Shown: piece by piece, positions 39,458 to 53,615 of the stretch | How positions within the stretch are numbered: the stretch's first letter is position 1 | How the letters are laid out: every line of letters starts with the position of its first letter | DNA from: Camelus ferus | Lineage: Eukaryota | Length of the DNA: 60,000 nucleotides | NCBI RefSeq assembly: GCF_009834535.1 | Contig: NC_045697.1 | Coordinates: forward strand, 99,822,001 to 99,882,000 | Reading direction: 5' to 3' | The notes under the pieces: generated by a model | The model's database searches: none | What the model was told of the DNA's origin: nothing | The model's input: only the letters and a program-made list of their open reading frames with translations | Translations under genes and position numbers: made by a program

Positions 39458-42436
39458 GTAAGTGAAAATAAACTTTCTTTTCTTCTGTAAATGAAATTAC
39501 ATGTAATCTCCAATCTTGTTAAATTCTAGTAAGAATTAATCCAGTTGTTTCATACTATCTCTGAATTTTAATAGCTGTCATGCTTAAAGTATTTACTAAT
39601 GTGCTGGCAACAATATGAAGATGTTGACCACATACTTTGTGTGTGTGTGACTGCTTTACTTACCAGTAACTTTCCTCTTTCTTTCTCTTCCTGACCTCCT
39701 TTCTGATGCCTTTTAAGGGACTATGTGTACTCTCTTCTCACTCTTTTTATCCTCCTGCCTCTTCTCTCTTGGCTCTCTGATTCTAGTTAGGAGATATAAC
39801 CAGAGATGATAGTAAAGCCTCTTCACACTTATTCTTTGCCATCTGTGACTGAGCGATCTACATCTCACTTTTCAGAGGCCATATGAGCTCCCTCTTTTTT
39901 TTTCTCTTTAATACTTATGCTTGGGCACACATATGAAATCTCAAAATATGCAACTAAAATCAGAATTGGTAGTCAAAACTGTTTTCAGAAAATAAACTGT
40001 AAGGTTAATATGGATATGAATATGCAGATGGAGAGATTCTAGTGTTTGGGTCTGTCCTTGAACTGTGATTTATAGACTCTGTAGTACCTAGAATGGAAAC
40101 CCTAGCCATTAACAAAGTTTGGATAATTGTTACCATGAAAAAATTAATCCTGAAACTGAGCTAGATTATGTTAATATTGAGGAAAAATACCTAGGTCAGT
40201 AGGGATAAGGGTGTTGTGGGGCAAAATAGAAGACACAGTAGGGCTTCACCATCTATAATTATTTTTAATTATAAAAGTATTTAATTTTCCATGATACCTA
40301 AGTTTTATGAGTATGAAAATTCCTTGTATGTCTACTTCTCAAAGATAAAACCCAGTAGTCTTAATAATTATAATTACAAAAGTGAGATTGCCAGTTTTCC
40401 ACTTTGATAAACAGAAACTGCCATTCGGAATTTAAGTAGAATAAATGCAATGTGTTTTCACTTGGAAAAATTATAAAATATTTTAAAATTCATTGTTCAG
40501 AACATATTGATCTTTTGTTCTTAGCCTTTAAAGACCATCTGTCTTCTTGGTACTTGTAAACTACACAGATAATTGAACTTCAATTAGATACACATTCTTC
40601 TGGTGTTTCCTTTCTTCACTTTTGCTGAGTAACCTTGCTTTTGGCTCGTTTCCTCAGAAATCAAGATTTTTCAGCGTTTCACTAGAAGAGAATTTAATTT
40701 AGCTTAAAATTTAAATAACTTACAGGATTTCATTCAAGACTCCGGAAGGGATTCTGATAGATCTTTAAATGCTTTACAAGTATTTTTACTCTATTTAGAG
40801 CTAGTATCTACTAACTTGAAAAATGACCAGAATTCAGATGTATTATTTGATTGCCATTGACGTACTAGAGATGGTTGAAAACATAAAACTAGCTCTAATT
40901 CCTCTCTGACTATTTTTGTTCTGTGTATGGAGCTATGACTCTTCAGGGTCAAAATAAAGATACAGTCAAGAAGCAGGAGAGCTGTTCAGACACCCTTACA
41001 TAATGAATTTTAAAAATTTCTTGGCCTTTGTCATCAAATCTCTTGAAATTTTTGTGGCTTTAAAGGATAGCTGGTAGTTTGATAGATAACCATGCTAGTG
41101 AATGCTGAGGCAGGTGTAGAAGCAAAGAGGATATTGTACAGAAAAATTAATTCAAGAGAGATTAGAAAAACCTAAATAGATGAGGAAATAGAAGCAGAAA
41201 GTAAAATATACAAGTTAAGGCCAAAAATGTTATATAGGACAAGAGAGAGGGTAGAAAGGAAGAAGGAGAAGGGAAGAAAGAAGGAAAATAAGTCAGTCCA
41301 GGTGATTGTAAGGAATACGCTTCCTTGCTGCATACGTGCTGATTTTCCTTAGACACTGTTAAGATAGGGGCCCAGCAAGGAAATTAAAAGTTTTACAGAC
41401 TGAATATTTTTAAGGTAGCTTGATTATTGAAATAGTGATGTAAAACCGAATTGTATTAGGAGTATCATGTAAAAAAATTAAATATAGTCTATTTACTAAG
41501 GGCATTTTAGAGCCAGACTAGGAATAAAGTAGAAAATTAGAGTGTGTGAAGAGAGCATTGCACTAAAACAGGACGTTTTTCTGTTTGGGGATTTACAGGT
41601 CCCCTTTGAGAATTTGATGAAAGTTGTGTATATTCTTTGCCTGGAAAATGTACACACAGAAAAATGTATGAATAAATTTAAGGTGGTTCATGGATCCCCT
41701 TTTATTCATGAATGATCCTTTATTCGTGGGCTTCTAAGTTAACATACGCTGTTTTAATGGGCTGAAAATCAGAGCCAGTGAAGAAAAAATGGAAGTCTGT
41801 AGTATTAATCTACAGAAGGAAAAATAGAGAAGGAACATTTAGTTAGAAATTTCTATGCTTCATGAAATTTCAATGATTATGCCCTTTAAAATTTAAATAA
41901 ACCACAGAAATCCATGTTTTACTCTACTTGTTATTCTTACATAAACATGCGGTCAGTCTTTTGTGTATGAGTATCAGTACCTTACGAGGAGATTCCAAGT
42001 GTGAACGGAAGATTTGATGCCTATCTTGAAGAACTCAGAGGTTGCATTAGTTTACTAGTATTAGGATATATGAACCTACAAATAGCTTTATGTATTTCTC
42101 TGTTGTACCAGCTGATACTTATGTTTTATGGCCAGTGTTTTAGTTACGTAACGTAGGAGGAATGTTAATGACTTTCTTCTGATTGCACTGTCAGTAGCTT
42201 TAAACAATACAGATATAAACTGCAACAGAAGGAATAAGCTCAGGTGAAAGGAAGTGTCCCAACAGGTACACGATGACTATTTTATAGAAAATTTAGAACA
42301 AACAAATGGAAGTCTAAATTTTTTTTAAGGCAGATAAAAAGTCTCTTGTTAGACCACTTGTTTGTCAGAATACTTCAAAGTCTAGCCAAGGGCCTATGTC
42401 CCATACTAGATAGGCCTGATAGCTCAGAATTAAGTT

Positions 42437-42545
42437 GTGTTTTTTGTTTTTTTTACTGAAGTATAGTCAATTTACAATATTGTGTCAATTTCTGGTGTGC
42501 AGCATGTTTCAGTCATACATATACACACATATATTCATTTTTGTA
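42437..42545 (-). mobile_element. Very short LINE-1 3'-end insertion
   Basis: T-rich tail followed by actgaagtatagtcaatttacaatattgtg...; perfect 11-bp TSD agaattaagtt at 42426-42436 and 42546-42556. Confidence 0.8.
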
Positions 42546-42716
42546 AGAATTAAGTTTTGATTCAGAAGCATCTCTAGTCATTGAAGTGGTCTGAGATGGA
42601 GATCAGGATGATTTGGCAGTAGGACTGTCATTTTGACAGTAGCTTTTAAAATTGCTTCTGGATATCTTCAATTTGAATGACATGTTAATTTCATTATTTT
42701 TCTCAAAATTTTTCAG

Positions 42717-42785
42717 ATATTTCAGTGAAAATTATACCAGTGAAGCTCATCAGATTCTTTCCCGTTCAAATCATCCAAAATTAGG
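42717..42785 (+). CDS. ELMOD2: ELMOD2 exon 7 (69 nt)
   Basis: tttcag|YFSENYTSEAHQILSRSNHPKL(G)|gtaagc. Confidence 0.96.
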
Positions 42786-43569
42786 GTAAGCTGGATATAT
42801 TAAAGAAACTGTAAGCTCATAAATTTAAGTTGATTGGAGGATCTGAATTTGAAACTATTTCAAGGTATTTTTAAAGTGAGATTTTAATTAATAAGAACTT
42901 TATAAAGGCTATTACATGATATATTATTTTTAAGGCTGAGTGTGATCATAAACCAATTTTGTATGTATTTCAGTATATTTTTAGCACAAGATATAGTCTA
43001 TAAAATAGAAATAAGGACCTTATAAAAATTTTTCTGAGAAACATTTAAAAATAGAGAGGAAACAGCTTTGAAATAGGAATAGGAAAATGAGAAATAGCTT
43101 TGAAACTTGTAAAGCAAAATGCAAATTGAGGTCATATTATTAGTCTTATCATTTTTTTTATATTCCAGTGATCCCTATCTTTGAAAAAATATCACACAAC
43201 ACTATTTCATCATAAAAATAAATACTCAGATAATGGAGGAGGAAATGTCAGATTACCCAGTGTATTTTAGAAATCAGTGAGAGTGTATGTAGTACTCTTT
43301 AGTTTTTTGTAAGGATTTTGGTTTTAGATATTCATGTGACCAGAGCTTTATTTTTGTTTCTTAGATTATATCCAGAAAATCAACAGCCTATAAAGAACAA
43401 AATTTTTCATCTATTCTGGTTTACTTTCTTAATATGTAGAGATTATTGTGAAATCAATACTGTGTTAGAAATGGATCAAAATAACTTTTTACTAATTCCT
43501 TGCATAATTTAAAATTTACTTTATGAGCTATTTGGCTAGCTGGTATAACTGATAATATTTCTGACATAG

Positions 43570-43703
43570 GTATTCTTATGCAATAGTTGGAATCAATCTT
43601 ACAGAGATGGCTTATAGCTTGCTGAAGAGTGACGCTTTGAAATTTCACCTCTATAACTTTGTTCCTGGAATGCCAACAATGGAACACTTTCATCAGTTTT
43701 ATT
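43570..43703 (+). CDS. ELMOD2: ELMOD2 exon 8 (134 nt)
   Basis: catag|YSYAIVGINLTEMAYSLLKSDALKFHLYNFVPGMPTMEHFHQFY(C)|gtgagt. Confidence 0.96.
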
Positions 43704-46700
43704 GTGAGTATTAAAATGAGTTAAAAATAGATATCTCTAAGAGAATTTTTAAATCATTAGGAAAGTAAAATATATAATATGTACTGCTATCAGATGTATA
43801 ACTTACGCTTATCATTTTATTATTTAGGATCTTTGAAAAACTGGAAAATAATGGAAGATTATCCAAGAGTGTTATGTATTTCAGTTTATATATTTGCAAA
43901 TTTAAAAACTTCAGTGAGGCAGTTTTTTACATGTATGCAAATTTAGGATTTATGCAGTTTTTCTGTGGGCATCCTTTTTCCTGTCAACTATAAAGTGACT
44001 TTTTCTTCTTGTGTACTGGTTAATGAATGCTATGAGTCAAGGATAGATCATTTGGTTACTCTTGTGAGGGATTTAATTTAAAGAAACTTCTCACACACAT
44101 TCTCCCCACCCCACACCACCTTATTTCAAGGCCAGGTTTTCTTGTGGTAAGTTACTTAATAACTTTTCCTAAAGCAATCATATCACCACTATTCCATTAA
44201 CTTTTATTGTGATGTTTGATCCCTGAAGTTTTAATTGAATAAACCCATTTTCTGAAGATATTGCTCAGAAGCAAAGAATTCATACCTAGCTTGGCTTCAT
44301 ATTCTACTTTTTCTTGATCTTTTTGTGTCTTTAGAAGGTTTTTTGCATGTTGCTAGGATATAGGAAAGCACTTAGATAATAAGTGGCCAGACCATAACTT
44401 CTTCAGCTCCATTCTTGAAGGAGTCATCCAGGTCTCTCTTTCTCACAACCACCTCTGCCCTTACTTAATCCTTAATTCTGGGTTTGTCTAAATCCTAAAT
44501 TTCTCTTGCATTTGTCTGCTTTTTCCCATTCCCATTGTAACTGCACAACATTAGGCCTTTGTTACTAGGTTACTGTAATAATCTTTTCCCCAGTCTTTCA
44601 ATGATGACCCTCTTCTAGATCTCCATACTGAAGGTATAGTTATTTGAAATGAAAATCTAGTCATTTTCTTTCATCTCGTTGCTGGGAACTGGTCCCTTTA
44701 CTAGTCTTGTTTGATTTCCTCTCCTAAATCTCTCACTGACTTTTAGCACAGTGCCTAAACTCCCGGGACTTTGCTAACTGCCTCCAGATATTTGCTGTCT
44801 CTACAAAATACATGCTTGTGTAATGCTGCCCATCAAACATAAAGCAAGTATAAAAATAAACAAGCAAAAAACTCCTCTCCCCCAAATTAAGCATTTTATT
44901 ATATTTACATAAATATAGGAGAGTGATAGGTAGAAAAGAAGTACAAAATGATCTCTGTCCTGTAATTCTTCCCCCTGCAAATGGGTAACTGGGACATCTT
45001 TGGGCACTGTTGCTTCTAGTGCCCTCAACACCAACATGGTTTGGCTCCTGACTAGGAGGAGCATCAAAGTAATATCTGAGATTGAAAGGTCATTATAGGA
45101 CCTTCTCAGTTGCCTTGTTTCTGTCAGTCAGATCCACAAGAGCTGTGGGTCATCCTGGAAACAGTGAAGCTTATGTTTTTCAAATTTCTTAAAACATTTA
45201 AAGCAAAAACACAGACACACACGTAGACACACACACATCCATTATTTATGCAGTAGTTCCCCCTCCACCCCCAAATTGATTTTTATACCCTTTACCAGTA
45301 AAGTTTCATGTCTTAATTAAGCCTCTGCTTTTCTTAGAAGGGGCCTATTTTCTAACTAGAAAATAATATGAAAACCTTATTTTTTGAACAGACATACCCT
45401 TTTTTGTTGAGGGACGGAGCCCAATTCGTTTGTACAGATCTGTTCCAAGGTCATAGTTTCTGTCCAGAAGAAAGAGCTATAAAGAGATTAGTTTTCACAG
45501 TTTTTATTTCCCTGTGATCTGTCTCCATTTCCCCTTTCCCCATTTATCCCTCCTGCCATTTTGTTGTTGTTGTTCTCTGTGGGCAAGGCTGGACGCAGTG
45601 AGTGGTAATGTAGCTTCTTGGCTCCATCGTCACCTTGTGTACATCTGATATGTAAGCAGATAGTCACTCATCCTGGGAAGTCACTGACCATTGGTTTGGT
45701 GCTTCCAAAAAAATAATGCCTCAAATTTGTATAACAAAAAGTTATGACTAGTAACAACTTTACTGAGGTTTATAAACCATAAAATTTACCTAGTTTAAGT
45801 GTACAATTCAGTGAGTTTTAATAAATTTACTAAGTTGTACAACCGTTACCATAATCCAGTTTTAAAGCATTTTTACCACCCCAGTAAGATCCCTTACACC
45901 AGGTTACAGTTAATCCCTGTTTCTTTGGTTCTCCTATTTTTAATCCCTGTCAGAAAACCTGAAATTCTCCTGGGGTTTTGATTAGGGGCAGTAGAAGCAT
46001 ATAGGGCATTTTAAGTTTAGAAATTTTGTTTGGTGTTTCTACTAAGTCTGATGTTTTAAACCTCTTAGAGTCAAAAGGACAATAGATGTGCTTTATGGAA
46101 ACAACTCTTTTCTGTCACTTTCTGCAAAGCTTTAGGAGTCTTATGCCATGTATGGGCCTGCCAGCATCCTAGAATTTTGGTGTTATCTCTTGTAGTTTCC
46201 TGAGGTCTCATTAAATCAACTTAACCATTACCGTCTCAATTTTTTGATTCAGTCTTTTTCTGACACCAATTTACATTTTAACAACTTCACTCTGAAGCAA
46301 GTAATTTCTGATATTTTACTGTTGAGTTTATTCCAGACCTGTATCATCATTTGAATAGGTAATGAAAAGCAATTTAAAGGACTTAAAAGAATGGTAAAGA
46401 GCTAAAGCTGATAGCCAGAAATACTAAAACAAATTGTATTCTATAAAATTTAGGTGGATGTTTGACTTTTCATATTACCTAGAACATTACTTTCCAAAGT
46501 TTTTAATTGTAAATCCCTATCAGTATATTGGGCATGGGGGTAGGGGAGACCACAAACTCCATCCAAACCTGGATGAGTAATTTCTATAGATGTACTATTG
46601 TCCTGATGTATACATAAAATAAATTTAGAATGAAATAAATATTTAAAGTATTAGTTAAAAATAATTATAAGATTAGCATTCTCAGCTTGTCTTTTGGGAA

Positions 46701-47865
46701 CAGGAAGCAGATGGCCCCCCTCTGCTCAAAGAGGCCTTATTCTTTGATTTTGTCACATGTCCTGGTTGATAAAAATCCATTTTATCATATATCAGGGGAT
46801 TAATCTGAACTCTCTCTTAAATTGACCTTATGAAGTCATATTTCAGTGTTGAAATGTCATGGTTCTTAAATGTTTGCTTTAGGACTAATGTTTTCAAATG
46901 GAATTTCCATTTATTTCATACTAGGCTATTATGATAGTCTAGCCACACTTTTGTGTAAGGTCACTGGCTTTATCCCCCTGTTTATCTGAACTAAGTCATT
47001 TCTATCCCTTCTTGAACAGCCTTTCAGAAGAGGGAATGAGATTCTGATGGAAACAAAGTCTAATTTATAACATAATAGAGACCACTTGCAAACTATGTGA
47101 TTTGGGCAAGTCATTTAACCTCTTTTGCTTCTCTGTTTCCTCTTTGGAAAAATGGGAATTATGCCATAGTGCATCACAAGATTGCTGTGAGAGTGAATGA
47201 GCATGTGGCGAGGACTCTAGTAGCATTTGTTAAATAATTAAATTCATACATTTGGTTGAATCCAAATAAGGTTTAGGAGTGCTTTTAAAATTCACATTTT
47301 TTTTTGTTGTGGTAAATATGTCTATTTACATATTTATTTTCATTAAATGCTTTTAACTGAGCATTAGTTTAGCTACTGTAATAAGGATATTGAAAAAATA
47401 TTAAGTGTATTTAGAGTTCATGTATTCTTTTTTTAAAGAGATGGTGCTGATAGTTCATTGAACAAAGCAGAAATGACTCAGATTTATAAATCAAGTAGAA
47501 AACAGCTCCCCTGTACTTCACCTTCGTCCAACATTTTTTTGTAGTTTCAGGCTTCTAGGGATAACTTTTTTTCCTATTCTCAAGATATCCTTTGACAGTA
47601 TCTCTTTAAGGGATTTTGTTGACTTTTTGAGACAAAGTAAATGTTCACTAGATATGTTATTGAAATTGCTATTTATCTTGAACATACAAAAATATTTCCT
47701 ATGAAGTTCCTCAGGTTTATAGTAGTTTAATATGGTTTCTGATTATTGAATCTTAGTATGGAATTTAAAGGATGGTTATATACTTTTGAAATGAGATGGT
47801 TGGATGTGATTTCCCTATTGAGCACTATATTTTGTGTGTGTGTGTTTCTTTTCTTTTAACTGCAG

Positions 47866-48011
47866 GTTATCTTGTCTATGAATTTGACAAGTTTTGGTTT
47901 GAAGAAAAACCAGAAAGCATTATGTATTTCAACGTGTATAGAGAGAAATTTCATGAAAAGATTAAAGGACTCTTACTGGATTGTAATGTATCACTTACTT
48001 TAAACATATGA
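47866..48011 (+). CDS. ELMOD2: ELMOD2 last coding exon (146 nt including TGA)
   Basis: tgcag|YLVYEFDKFWFEEKPESIMYFNVYREKFHEKIKGLLLDCNVSLTLNI*. Exon lengths sum to 882 nt = 293 aa plus stop. Confidence 0.97.
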
Positions 48012-51000
48012 ATCATCTGTAGCATCTTCTATTTTTACCACATTTTGCACACACGACAGAATTTATATGTTGTAATAGAAATTATCCGATCAATTACACT
48101 CCTTATATATAATTTCCTACAAAAATATTTCAGAAATTCTATTTAAGAAAGCTAGTGGACAATCAGTGTATGTTTACACTTGTTTATACACTGTCCTCCA
48201 AAGGTACCTTATTCTTCCAAAGATCCTCTCTGTAGAGTCATATGAACTACAGTTTGGAACTTGGGACTTAGCCCATTTAGTGTAAAAGTACAAATCAGGT
48301 ATTTATAGAATTGGTTGATTAAAATGTGTAAAAATCAATTTTAATTTTTATATGTTGTAGCCATGAAGTTGGTATCTTTTCAAAGCTCTGTTACGACTTT
48401 GTTTTTTAGTCTGGAAATGATTGTTTTTTATTTTCTTTGTCTTATTTTATTTCTAGGTTAATAGAATAGTTCATGGTTTTCTTTCTTTGCATCTCAATCA
48501 CACATCGTAATGTCTCCTTAGTAGGAGCAACAAGAGCATATAGAAATATCAGAGAAGACAAAGAATTATAGCCTCTTTTTTGGTTTCTCTGATAATTTCA
48601 TGTAATAGATAACCAGAGAATGACAGTATTGATGATTAGCTTTTTTTTTTTAATACCACACTTTAAAATATCACAGTGTTATTTTAAAGCTTAAAGTCAT
48701 TTTCTCATCTTCAGCATTTGCTTTTTATCAGTTAAAGAACCTTAGTGCTTGGTGTCAGGGCCTTTTAATGAGACTTCCCTATATGTTTATGAAAAGAGAT
48801 GCATTTGCTAAGAAAATCTTGATTGTATTCAAAGGACAGGTGCTAGTTCAATAAAGCTGTGTTGGAATTTTTAACAAGAGGAAAACAAAGCTTTTTAAAT
48901 ATCTCAGTTAAACATCAGTTGGTTCATTTTACTTGCTGTTAAGTCTTGCTTTTCTTTGCTTTGACTCCACTGGGTTTCTAGGTAATGATGAGTGGACTTT
49001 GTGGGTATCCTTTGAGTTAACAGTCTGTGGGATTCCACAGCAGCCTGAGAATGATGACTGTGCATTTTGTATAGCTTTATTCCCCCCAAACCTCAGGAGA
49101 GCAGCAAGTGCTGTCAAGGGTTATATAGTGATGAGATTCTAATGGGAATGAGTTCTTCTTTGTGTGTTTTAGACATTTGTACTCATAGCAAAACTAAAAG
49201 AGTTTAAAGATAGGTTCATCTGATTACTTAATTCTCCTTAAATCCTACAGAAACCAGCCTATTAAACACGTAATTTAATCTAAAACATCACAGTTAGCAC
49301 ACCTTTAAGGTGGTATATATCAGGTGTTAAAGGACTGTCTTTTATGTGACAAAAGCAAGACCTGAGACTTTCAAGTATTTATTCATGTCATCGATAAACC
49401 TCTCTCTTCAAACCTGCCAAGGAGAAGAGTGGTTAAAAAAAATATCCTACTGGAAAATAACAGATGCAGTGTTGTTGAGCACATATATTAAAAGTGCATG
49501 CATTAAAATTCTTACTTTCTCAACAAGATAAAACTTTAAAATTGGGCTCATTTTATTACAATAGTGGTAGTTTAGCTTTTCAGTATTATAGGAATTTTAA
49601 AACTGTTTTTTTGTAGGAGACTTCTCAACCTTGTGAGTTATCTTAACTTAGTTTCTTTAAATGTTTTCTGTGTTTTATCATCCAGCTAGAGTTCTGTGAA
49701 ATAAGGATCAGGTACTAACCATTAAAGTTCATTTTATCCAAATGTTTACTATTACATGGAAAGCAGTTTTGTTAGTCTTCTAATTTTTGTTTAGAAAATA
49801 CTTATCTTTTATGTTTTAATCTTTTAACAGATGAGGTATTGAACTGATTTAAACCTTGTCAGTGTCCTTAATAAAAGAATGTTTCAAGTAGGGAAGAGGA
49901 AACTTTTCAATTAAGTTTTCCCCTTCTATGGAAAAATAAAACTTTTTAGTAATGTTTTTTAAATGTCATTAGAAATTTTGCTCAATAATATGTCTTCTAA
50001 GTCCACCTCTTTGTATAAATAGATATTGTTCTGTTTTTGCTTAAAATAATTAGTAACCATTTCAAATAGTTCTGTAGTAAATTGGTAGTAAAAGCCACCA
50101 ACAGATTCTAAGGTTTGATAGTCTGGAAGCCAAGTGTCACCAGTTGTAAATTAGAATGTAACATGAGCCTTCTGACTTTTATGTGATAGTGATGTACATG
50201 AAAAGAAAAATGTGGTAATTGTGTCTGCCTTCCTACTTTTCCTTGCTTTCAACATATGTATGTTAGAATTTTAGGTAGTCTAAAAATCCATAAACAAAAT
50301 CTTAACCTGTTTCTATAATAATTAATAAAATACCAAAGTAGTGATAGACTTGAAGTAGCAGGAAAATTGTTTTAGCATCAAAAAAGTGCATCAGTGTTGA
50401 AATGAATTTTTGTATGTGCCAGACTAAAGAGTCTACCAGTGACAAAAATAGTCTAAGAATATAATTACAGTGGCTGTAGTTCAAATACGTTCTGAAAGAC
50501 AATCTTTAAAGAAACGAGAGAAATCAGGGGATATCAGTGAACCTAGACCAACCCCTCTTTGTATATAAATGTGGTGATAGAGTTAGATAGAAAACTCAGT
50601 GTCTTGCTAGCACCACTTACAATTTGGAAAACAGAATCGTTTTCTTAAAAATGCCCTTCCTGATTTTTTTCTATTTTAGGAGCTACTTGGATTTGTATGT
50701 ATTTTTCTATGTGAGAATATATGTACTCTTCATTTTTATTCCAGTGTTCATGATTGTTTATGTACCATTTCTCCCCTTTGCATTCAGTGAAACAGAACTT
50801 GGTCAAAGATTTGCTCAAAGGAGAAGCATTACATGAGTGTGAAAGTGGAATGTTCATTTCTTGAGCAGAAAAGGCTGCATGTTGTCTTGGCACAGAAGAG
50901 AAGTTTGACTTGGAGGGCAATAATGTTTATTCTTCTTCTTGAATTAATGATTGGGGACCAGCAGCTACTTTCTCAGGACAAATAGTCCACCCAACTTCTG

Positions 51001-51381
51001 GGGAGGCTTAATTTCCACTTTCATATTTATGCACCTCTCCATACAAGCAGTTTTTTTTAATTAAGATTAATGGAATTGGTAAAAATCTGAGAGAACCCAT
51101 GAGCGAGCTTTTTTCCCCCTGGCTTCAACTTTGGATAAGAAAAATGTCAAATGTAGTGCAGGTGAGACCCAGCTACTACATCACTGTTATAGGGCAAGTC
51201 TATGTTTCTGCTAAACAAAAGTATTCAAAAAATATTTAAGCAGTAGCTTTCCCTGGGGGAAAGAGTGCTGGTTGGCAACTTAAAGAAATAGCTTTTTGTC
51301 TACTTTGGATAAAGCAATTAACTTCTTATGTAAAAGCAATAGTTGAAATGTGATGTCACTTTGTTCGGAATGTTGTGAGCA

Positions 51382-51387
51382 AATAAA
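51382..51387 (+). terminator. ELMOD2: Candidate distal ELMOD2 polyadenylation signal (3' UTR about 3.4 kb)
   Basis: AATAAA followed by a U-rich stretch after a long AT-rich, repeat-poor region. Other AATAAA hexamers occur at ~48850, ~49870 and ~51820. Confidence 0.45.
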
Positions 51388-52234
51388 AACACGTTGAAAT
51401 TGTTATAAGCCTTTCTGTTAATACTTCTGCTCTCTTCCCATCTTCCCCATCCTTTATTTAAGTCATTTATGTTCATGAAATAATACTTTTCTTATTTGAT
51501 CCTTTAATCATGTTCCTATAGAGTAAGTCAGAATATAGATATTGTTAAAATTTTTGTGACTTTAACTGTCCACCAATTACCTATTTAAGATGTTACTGGA
51601 TAAGAGCAATTGGTTATGAGAACAGAAAAGAAACCACCGCCCTACTCCCTCATTCTTAGAAAGGATAGGAATATTCATACAGTACGGCAGTTTGTTTTTC
51701 TGAACTTTACAATGTATCAAAGATCTATTTTTATATTAACACATAGCTTCCTTATTCTGTATTTTTTACAGCTGCAAAGCATTCCAGTGTGTGTGTGTTT
51801 GTGTATCTAATTTTGAACTAAATAAAAAATACTACATACGGAATTGGCTGGGTACAGCTAAAGCAGTACTTATTATAGTTAGTACTAATTATAATTTTAA
51901 ATGTATATTAGAATAAAGAAGAGCTTAAAATGAAAGATGAAGCAAGGAGTTTGATGGGGAAGTACAAAATAAACTTGAAGAAAATAGAGAAGGGAATGTT
52001 AAAAACAACAGCTTAGATGCATAAAAAAGAAAACATGAACACAATAAAAATAAAGGATCAACAAGAATAAAATGTTGTTTGAAAAGACTTAACAGTATTG
52101 ATAAACACTGAGGCTCCTGACTAAAATTTGGTCAAGGAGGAACAACTTGTCACTACTGCCCATGCCAGACCAGGATCCCAGCAAAGAAATGAAATTTTAT
52201 GTTTCCTTCCTTGTTCTTGAAACATGCTACTCTA

Positions 52235-52690
52235 AGGCTGTGGTTGGCCTTAGTTTAGATTCTCCCAGAGTCAGCCATCAAAACAAGGATTGTAATTCAT
52301 TTGGGAGGTGACCCCAGGAAACCCTGGTGAGAGAGTGTGGAACTGAACGAGGGACTTGAAGTCATCCCTGAGCAGTGTCTGAGGTAGGCAAAATACCACT
52401 CTGCCACTGGATTTCGACCCCTCAGAGGAATTCCACCTGACAGCAAGGGGCCTGAGATACTCACACCAACTCCCACAGTTACTGGTCAAGGGCTGCTCCC
52501 AGGGGTGTGTTACTTGCCCTGCTCTTCTAGTGCCCCATGCACAGGTGGGCAGGGATGTCTCCAGTGGCCAGAAGACCCTAAAAAAATACAGGTGCTGACA
52601 TGTTGACAAGAAGTCAAGCCAGCGGGCACTAAAGTGTTCTGAGCAAAGTGATACCTGCAGCACACAATGTCTGCTGCAAGACACGTTCAC
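52235..52690. mobile_element. Old LTR-like element between the convergent ELMOD2 and UCP1 3' ends
   Basis: GC-richer block with atttgggaggtgaccccaggaa, reminiscent of ancient ERVL/MaLR LTRs; family not assigned. Confidence 0.45.
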
Positions 52691-53055
52691 GGTTAACACT
52701 GTAACAACTGGCTTTGCTGGAAAGATGCCGTGAACATTCATTTTCATCTCAGGCTGTTCCTCTAACCAAAGGTACCTTCTAGCTCTAAAATTCTGTGATT
52801 CGAGGACAGATACAATGACTCTAATAACAACAATGCCCAAATGAATATGGTGTCTTCGATGAGAGGTTGTCTTAGATGCCATAAAATCGACTCTAAAAAT
52901 TAAAAATCTGTACTTAATAACGTTTAAAGTAAGTTTATGCCTATTGATTCTAAAGACCTTCCCTTGCTGTTTGGGCAATTTTATAATCTCGGTGAACTTC
53001 AACTCTTACATTCACTATAGACCCAAAACGACAAACTAAAAGGTATTAGCAATAC

Positions 53056-53061
53056 TTTATT
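53056..53061 (-). terminator. UCP1: Candidate UCP1 polyadenylation signal
   Basis: AATAAA on the minus strand about 440 nt after the stop, followed by a GU/U-rich tract (tttagtttgtcgttttggg). Confidence 0.6.
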
Positions 53062-53500
53062 GAATGTATTAACTGACAACTGGGTTAATAAAAAGGAGAC
53101 AGTAATATTTTCTTTGGTAACTTCATTTTTAAGTATTTATAAAGTGCATCTCACTCAGTTTTTCTTTTCCATCAGTTTGCATTAATAATTAAAACATTTT
53201 AAAGTTCTTCATATTCAATTATAAAATCCCTCCCATAAAAATGGTCAATCACTAGCAGTAACTTATCTAGATACTACATTTGCCAGTGTGTATGCTTTCC
53301 CTTCCTTAAAACACAGAATAAAAGTCAAAAGAAATAGGTATTAGTTTTCCTTTGAAAAAAAGAAAAATAGTCCAAAACACTCTACCAGAATTCCCTGATC
53401 TTTTTAGGGTGAAATAAAGTCAATAGGTTTGTTTGCTTTTTAAAGTTATGCAGTTAGCAAAGATGCCCACTGGTCTGTTACATCCCTTCACTGAAGATGA

Positions 53501-53615
53501 TTATGTGGCACAGTCCACGGTCTGCCTTGACTTCATCAGTTCTCGTTTCAGCTGTTCAAAGCACACAAACATAATGACGTTCCAGGATCCGAGTCGCCAG
53601 AAGGAAGGTACAAAT
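53501..53615 (-). CDS. UCP1: UCP1 exon 6 (115 nt including TAA)
   Basis: ttccag|[37 protein letters not shown], the UCP1-specific C-terminus. Confidence 0.97.

Noticed and set aside
52271..53002. 243-aa minus-strand ORF just downstream of UCP1
   Set aside because: Non-ATG start, no recognisable domain, and it runs through an LTR-like repeat; most likely a chance ORF.
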